Below are positions 59,645 to 64,000 of a stretch of 64,000 nucleotides of DNA, piece after piece. A program made the position numbers and the translations under genes. Below the pieces are notes generated by a model that saw only the letters and a program-made list of their open reading frames with translations, ran no database searches and had not been told where the DNA came from. Positions within the stretch are counted from its first letter, which is position 1; every line of letters begins with the position of its first letter. This DNA is from a virus, in IMG/VR virus record IMGVR_UViG_3300021185_001461, positions 1 to 64,000 of that record, one strand, 5' to 3'.

Positions 59645-59856
59645 AGCAAAATAGGTAGGACTCGGTTATACCTACAAGCACGTACACAGAATACCATTCT
59701 ATCACGCACAACCTAGTTCCGCTCGGTAGAGCAATGTGATCCTTAGTCTCTCAACCTCGAACCTGGGTACCACCCCTAACTAGTCAAGTTCGACCCTTCT
59801 GGTAAAGGCCTCTTCCTTGCACTATAAACAAAAGTTAATTATTCTCTTGTTGCTAT
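59645..59856 (-). ncRNA. Candidate structured non-coding RNA (~200 nt)
   Basis: Own sigma70 promoter; multiple stems whose G-U pairs work only on the minus strand; terminal hairpin plus U-rich tail; GC-rich relative to the genome; no credible ORF. Confidence 0.65.
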
Positions 59857-59862
59857 GTACTT

Positions 59863-59891
59863 AATATACAACGTTTTTGCATAAAGGTCAA
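59863..59891 (-). promoter_or_regulatory. Sigma70 promoter of the candidate ncRNA
   Basis: TTGACC-17-TATATT, preceded by an AT-rich UP-like tract. Confidence 0.7.
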
Positions 59892-59909
59892 CCTTTTTTT
59901 TAAAAAAAA

Positions 59910-60062
59910 TTAAATTTTTTGTAATCTAGGGTCTGATGCAAGAATATTCTTGTCAGCACGTGGTCTTGACAATGGTCTTTGCAGTTGTTTTTTGTGAATT
60001 GCTTTGTGTGATCGTTTAGTACGCTCTTTTTTACGAGCTATTTCGAAGTCTCTATGATTCAT
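59910..60062 (-). CDS. 50-aa basic peptide MNHRDFEIARKKERTKRSHKAIHKKQLQRPLSRPRADKNILASDPRLQKI
   Basis: Manually translated; AAGGAAG RBS; directly downstream of the glutamine riboswitch. Confidence 0.7.
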   Translation of the reverse strand: MNHRDFEIARKKERTKRSHKAIHKKQLQRPLSRPRADKNILASDPRLQKI

Positions 60063-60087
60063 AACACTCTTCCTTTTAAAGTTAAGT

Positions 60088-60132
60088 GCGTTCCTTCGCT
60101 AGTGCTACTTCCGTCCTAATTTAGGATGAACG
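60088..60132 (-). promoter_or_regulatory. Glutamine riboswitch (glnA RNA motif)
   Basis: CGUUC-A-UCCUA(AAU)UAGGA-C-GGAAGUA-GC(ACUA)GC-GAAG-GAACG-C: P1/P2/P3 three-way junction with E-loop. Confidence 0.8.
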
Positions 60133-60136
60133 TGAG

Positions 60137-60168
60137 AAAAAAATAGGCCCAATAAAGGGCCTATTTTC
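60137..60168 (-). terminator. Terminator after the major capsid gene
   Basis: AATAGGCCC-loop-GGGCCTATT followed by a U-tract on the minus strand. Confidence 0.85.
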
Positions 60169-60195
60169 ATATTGAATATGTATTCTAGTAAAATA

Positions 60196-61359
60196 TTACT
60201 GGAATGACAAGTTACCTGAGTTAACATCAATTTTAGATAGGTAATCAGCTGCGTTACCAAGAGATGAAGCTTGGTTGTTTAGCTCAACATAACCATAACG
60301 TGTCATAAATGATACTGTTGGTTCGAATGTTGCCGGATCTAATACTGTGCCTGAGCTCATTAGTGGGATGTATGGGCAGTAAAATGCTGCTGCATCAATC
60401 TCACCGTCGCCTTTATAGCCAACTAGTACTGGAGCATTATCTGCCGCGTACTGGTCAACAAAAACACGCATAGTGCCGTTCAAAGTACCAACAAATTTAG
60501 TGTTAGTTGGAGCTTCGAATGGTCCTTCAGTTGTTCTTGCGAACGCTGAAGTTGTTGCACTTTGTAGTACAGTTAACATTGTTGGTGAAATAACAACGTA
60601 GTTACCTGCGCCTCTACGTGTACGTGCTGCGATTAAGTTAGCTGATCTGTTAATAAGAACTGCCAACGCCGCATGCTGGTCTCCAACAAACGTTGCTGTA
60701 CCAGAAACGTTACCCTGGTCATATGTGTCTGTTGCCGTACCCGCTAATGTGCGAAGTGAAGTTAAAACTTCTTGATCAATCTCAGCAGTAATTTCTTGTG
60801 CAAGTGCTTGCATAATTTCTGCTTCAACGTCTAGACCGTGCATTGAATTAGCATCTTGTGCCGCTTCAAAAGTCCAACGTGCTGATAATTTACGTGTTTT
60901 CGCTTCAACAGTTTGTTTCAATACTTGGATTGAAAGCTTCTTACCAGCTTCTGCCTCTAGTGCTGAAGTTGAAGTTGCTGTACCGTTTGATGCGTCACCT
61001 GAGTAACCTTTTGCAATTGCGAAAGGTGATAGTGCTTCATCACCAGCTGTTACGCCAGCTGCTGTTTGGCCATATCTTACTCTTAATGTGTGAATTTGTC
61101 CTACTGGACCTGTCATAGGTTGTACACCTACTAGTTCGTTTGCGATAACTGTTGGCATCACACGACGAATAACTGGAAGAATCACTTTGTTAAGTGATGC
61201 TACGTTACCTGCCATAGTTGTGCCAGCATTAGCTGATTCTGAAAGGTAGCCCTTAGTGTTTTCTAGGACTGATTCCATTACAACCTTTTTGTTACCTTCT
61301 AAGCCATCTGTAAGGGCGTCTTTTGTAACGTCCCAATTTTCAAATAGATTCTGTGTCAT
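60196..61359 (-). CDS. gp23: Major capsid protein (T4 gp23-like)
   Basis: GVQPMTGPVGQI..LR, VEAKTRKL.ARWT.E.AQD, EITAEID, YCPYIPL, F.P....TRYG. Confidence 0.97.
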   Translation of the reverse strand: MTQNLFENWDVTKDALTDGLEGNKKVVMESVLENTKGYLSESANAGTTMAGNVASLNKVILPVIRRVMPTVIANELVGVQPMTGPVGQIHTLRVRYGQTAAGVTAGDEALSPFAIAKGYSGDASNGTATSTSALEAEAGKKLSIQVLKQTVEAKTRKLSARWTFEAAQDANSMHGLDVEAEIMQALAQEITAEIDQEVLTSLRTLAGTATDTYDQGNVSGTATFVGDQHAALAVLINRSANLIAARTRRGAGNYVVISPTMLTVLQSATTSAFARTTEGPFEAPTNTKFVGTLNGTMRVFVDQYAADNAPVLVGYKGDGEIDAAAFYCPYIPLMSSGTVLDPATFEPTVSFMTRYGYVELNNQASSLGNAADYLSKIDVNSGNLSFQ

Positions 61360-61371
61360 TTGGAATTCTCC

Positions 61372-62469
61372 TTAGTTGATTCCTGCTAACTTTTTAAGGT
61401 TAATAATTTCGGCTTTACTATCAGTTTCCTGAGTCGTGTCTGCCTTGTTACCGGTAATCTCAGTCTTCTGAGATTCTGTTAGTTTTTGTGACTTAACTGG
61501 GCTTGATTCGTTTAATACTGTTGGTAAGTATTTGTTGAATTGAGCTTTAAGTTTACTTGTGCTTACGCTTTCAAGTAAATTGTTCATTAATTCACGCTTA
61601 TCTTTAGATAGTGGAGACATAAGTTCAGTCATAACTGCCTCACGCTCACGGCTTTCATTGATCTTCGCAACTTGTTTTTCTGCTACATCAATCTTTGCCT
61701 CTCTATCTGCAATTTCTTTTTGTGATTCGTCAAGTTGACTTTTCACATCTGAAAGTTCTTTTGAAAGTTTTGAAATGTGTGTTCCTTCAGCTATATGAGA
61801 ACTCATAAACTCAGCTGCAAAAGTTTCGAACAATTTACGTCCGAACATATTTTCTTTTGCTTGCTTGATGTCTTCTTTCAACGTACCTAATTCTGTTGAC
61901 AATGTTGTATCAACAATACTAGCTAGTTTGCCAGAAGCTTTGTTTATAAAGTCTTCTTTTGCTTTAGTGATCATTTCTTTACCTTCCGCGACAAGTTTTA
62001 CCTTTTGTTCAATAAGGTCTTTCTTATCACTATGGAATTCATTAAGTTCTGAAGTAAGTTGTTCCATCACAAAATCTTCTAGCTTCTCAAAGTTGCCTTC
62101 TTGTAGCTTTCTGTCTTTGCGTAGTTCTGTAATTTCCTTGTTAAGCGTTTCCATAACAAACTTATCAAGTATTTCTGCATGTTGCGAAATTTGACGTTTA
62201 TACTCAACTTGAGCTTCTACTGCCGCTTTTTTGTCCGCTGCAAATTCTTTCAATTCGGTATTAATCGTATCTGATACCATGGCATCTAGTGCTTCCACCA
62301 TTGATGTCTTATCAGTTTCGTACCTGTTAGCGAATTCTTCACGTAATTCAGCAGTGATCTCTTCACGAGCTTCTGTTAAACGTTCTTCCCATGCTTCTGA
62401 AAGTGTTGAACGCACTTCCTCAGAAAGGACTTCGGAACTTAGGAGTTGTTCTATTGCATTATTAGCCAT
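61372..62469 (-). CDS. gp22: Prohead core scaffold protein (gp22-like)
   Basis: Acidic coiled coil between gp21 and gp23. Confidence 0.85.
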   Translation of the reverse strand: MANNAIEQLLSSEVLSEEVRSTLSEAWEERLTEAREEITAELREEFANRYETDKTSMVEALDAMVSDTINTELKEFAADKKAAVEAQVEYKRQISQHAEILDKFVMETLNKEITELRKDRKLQEGNFEKLEDFVMEQLTSELNEFHSDKKDLIEQKVKLVAEGKEMITKAKEDFINKASGKLASIVDTTLSTELGTLKEDIKQAKENMFGRKLFETFAAEFMSSHIAEGTHISKLSKELSDVKSQLDESQKEIADREAKIDVAEKQVAKINESREREAVMTELMSPLSKDKRELMNNLLESVSTSKLKAQFNKYLPTVLNESSPVKSQKLTESQKTEITGNKADTTQETDSKAEIINLKKLAGIN

Positions 62470-63099
62470 CTAGCTTCTCCTAATGTTTAGTTTTTCAATG
62501 AACTTTAATACTTCCTTCTGGAGGTATGTTTCGGCTAAATTATCGTCTTTTGCCGCAGCAGCAACGTCAAGTAAGATGTTACCACGATGACCATTCATAA
62601 TTTGTTCATATAAAGGATCTGGGTAGGCATCTGGTGCACTTGGGTTAGCAACAATATCAACAGTTTGTATTTCAAAATCACTGACATTACCGCTTTCTGC
62701 TACATTACCACTACCTCTTGACGAAACGCCAAGTTTTACTCCATTCTCTAATAGGGTTTTACAAATATTTCCCATCGGAGTAGGTAGCAATTTTAAACGA
62801 CCATAACCGTCTTGACCGTCCATCCACATTTTTTCAATCATGTGAGATACACGGTCTAAATTAACTTGCAAATCATCTGGATGATCTGCTTCGCCTAATA
62901 CTGAATAACCAGTTTCAATTTTTTCTTGTATTGCCTTAACGGCTTTTGAAATTTCATTAACTGGATAAACTCTACTATTCTGATTACGCTTGTCACCTTG
63001 TACAAAGATACCTTGCATAAACAAGTTCTTACCTTCCTGATCTGACTCAGTAATGATTTTCGCTTGATCATAACTTAGATTCTCTTTAAGTGTAAGCAT
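62470..63099 (-). CDS. gp21: Prohead protease (gp21-like)
   Basis: N.N.RVYP, GEADHP (His), GVSSRG (Ser), DIV.NPSAPDA. Confidence 0.95.
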   Translation of the reverse strand: MLTLKENLSYDQAKIITESDQEGKNLFMQGIFVQGDKRNQNSRVYPVNEISKAVKAIQEKIETGYSVLGEADHPDDLQVNLDRVSHMIEKMWMDGQDGYGRLKLLPTPMGNICKTLLENGVKLGVSSRGSGNVAESGNVSDFEIQTVDIVANPSAPDAYPDPLYEQIMNGHRGNILLDVAAAAKDDNLAETYLQKEVLKFIEKLNIRRS

Positions 63100-63101
63100 A
63101 A

Positions 63102-63956
63102 TTAGTTACTCTTGCCTTTTTTCTCAGCGCCGTGTCCTTTTGGTTCTGCTTTAAGATCGCCTGCCTCTTGTGGGCCAGTTACGTTCATATCTTTAGCATC
63201 GCCTGTTAGACCTTTTTTTGCACCTTCTGAAGATTTCTTAGACATGTCTACTGCTTTGCCGCCCATGTCGTTCTTACCTGCAACTGGTGACGCTTTACCG
63301 TCATCGCCTGCTGGCATACTTACTGGAGCTGCTTTTAGTTCTGCACCTTCTTCGATTTCTTCTGAGTCTTCATCAGTTTCAGCATCAGTTTCTTCAATTA
63401 CTGGAGATACTGCTTCTTCCATTTCTGGTTCCATTTCTGGTTCCATTTCTGGTTCCATTTCTGGCATAGCTTCTTCTTCTGAATCACCCATTACTTTGGC
63501 AAATTCTGCTTTAAGATCAGCTAGTGCGTCTTCGACGTTTACTAACTTATCTTCAATTTCTTCATGCTCTTCTTCGTGATCGTCTGTTTCACCGTCACTG
63601 TCGAAGTCCATGTCGCCATCTTCATCAGATAGTTCCATTTCAGCTTCTGGCTCTGTTAGCTCAGATTCAGGTGCGTCTTCGCCCTCTTCATCTTCGCCGT
63701 ACATTTCCTCGGCTTTAATTTCCTCATCGTCTTCTTCGATGTCGTCGATAAAGTCATCAGCTTTTTCTCCGCCGATCGCTTCATCTATTTCTTCTTCCGC
63801 TACTTCATCTTCAACAACTTCGTCAGCTTCGACTAGGTCATTCCAGATTTCACGTGCTTTTTCTACGAATGCTTCGTGTAATAAATCAGAAGCTTTTGCT
63901 TCTTCACCATTAACTAGGCTTTCTATCACTTTAATATAACGTTCGCGAGTACTCAT
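63102..63956 (-). CDS. Highly acidic prohead core protein (gp67/gp68-position)
   Basis: Very E/D-rich; directly upstream of gp21; likely start MSTRE with AAGGAG RBS. Confidence 0.65.
   Translation of the reverse strand: MSTRERYIKVIESLVNGEEAKASDLLHEAFVEKAREIWNDLVEADEVVEDEVAEEEIDEAIGGEKADDFIDDIEEDDEEIKAEEMYGEDEEGEDAPESELTEPEAEMELSDEDGDMDFDSDGETDDHEEEHEEIEDKLVNVEDALADLKAEFAKVMGDSEEEAMPEMEPEMEPEMEPEMEEAVSPVIEETDAETDEDSEEIEEGAELKAAPVSMPAGDDGKASPVAGKNDMGGKAVDMSKKSSEGAKKGLTGDAKDMNVTGPQEAGDLKAEPKGHGAEKKGKSN
63417..63464. repeat. In-frame tandem repeat (TTCCATTTCTGG)x4 encoding (PEME)4
   Basis: Four exact 12-bp units. Confidence 0.9.
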
Positions 63957-64000
63957 TTGACATTCTCCTTTATCGAGGTTATAACACATGTATTTAGTCT

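Noticed and set aside
59523-59711. 62-aa minus-strand ORF
   Set aside because: GTG start without RBS; crosses a terminator-like hairpin and a late promoter; implausible composition
59712-59810. tRNA on the plus strand (GCTCGGTAGAGCA resembles a D-arm; AAGTTCGACCCTT resembles a T-arm)
   Set aside because: No acceptor stem, anticodon arm or CCA at the right spacing; promoter, terminator and G-U pairing all favour a minus-strand RNA
1-64000. Stop-codon reassignment or introns/inteins in core genes
   Set aside because: Core genes (gp17, gp18, gp23, gp41, UvsX, UvsW) are full length and uninterrupted under code 11, and TAA, TAG and TGA all serve as stops

Overview
AT-rich, gene-dense 64 kb segment of a large T4-superfamily myovirus. 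It is probably a marine/aquatic jumbo-type phage (inference from gene content); the standard genetic code fits all ORFs, and nearly all genes lie on the minus strand. The window holds (i) a replication/recombination module: gp41 helicase, gp61 primase, a miniature DnaE-like polymerase core, a gp62-like clamp-loader subunit, UvsW, UvsY, UvsX and gp32; (ii) morphogenesis genes: gp17 terminase, gp4, gp19-like tubes, gp18 sheath, gp13/14/15, gp21/22/23, acidic head proteins and an array of tail-fibre genes with S74 chaperones; (iii) auxiliary genes: an operon of five Fe(II)/2OG-type oxygenases with a PLP enzyme and a peroxiredoxin, a QueC-like PP-loop protein, an AspH-like hydroxylase, glycosyltransferases, a NUDIX hydrolase, a dNMP kinase and an SbmA/BacA transporter. 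The most striking unexplained signals sit directly downstream of the major capsid gene. One is a glnA-type glutamine riboswitch in front of an unannotated 50-aa basic peptide. The other is a ~200-nt GC-rich structured RNA with its own sigma70 promoter and terminator and complementary UACC/GGUA loops. Other notable observations: three sigma70 promoters placed to give leaderless mRNAs, a palindromic operator in three early promoters, a recurrent (A/C)TAAATA late promoter, and a shared RLRELSGI-type motif in modular acidic head proteins. All product calls come from recognised motifs and gene context, not from database searches.
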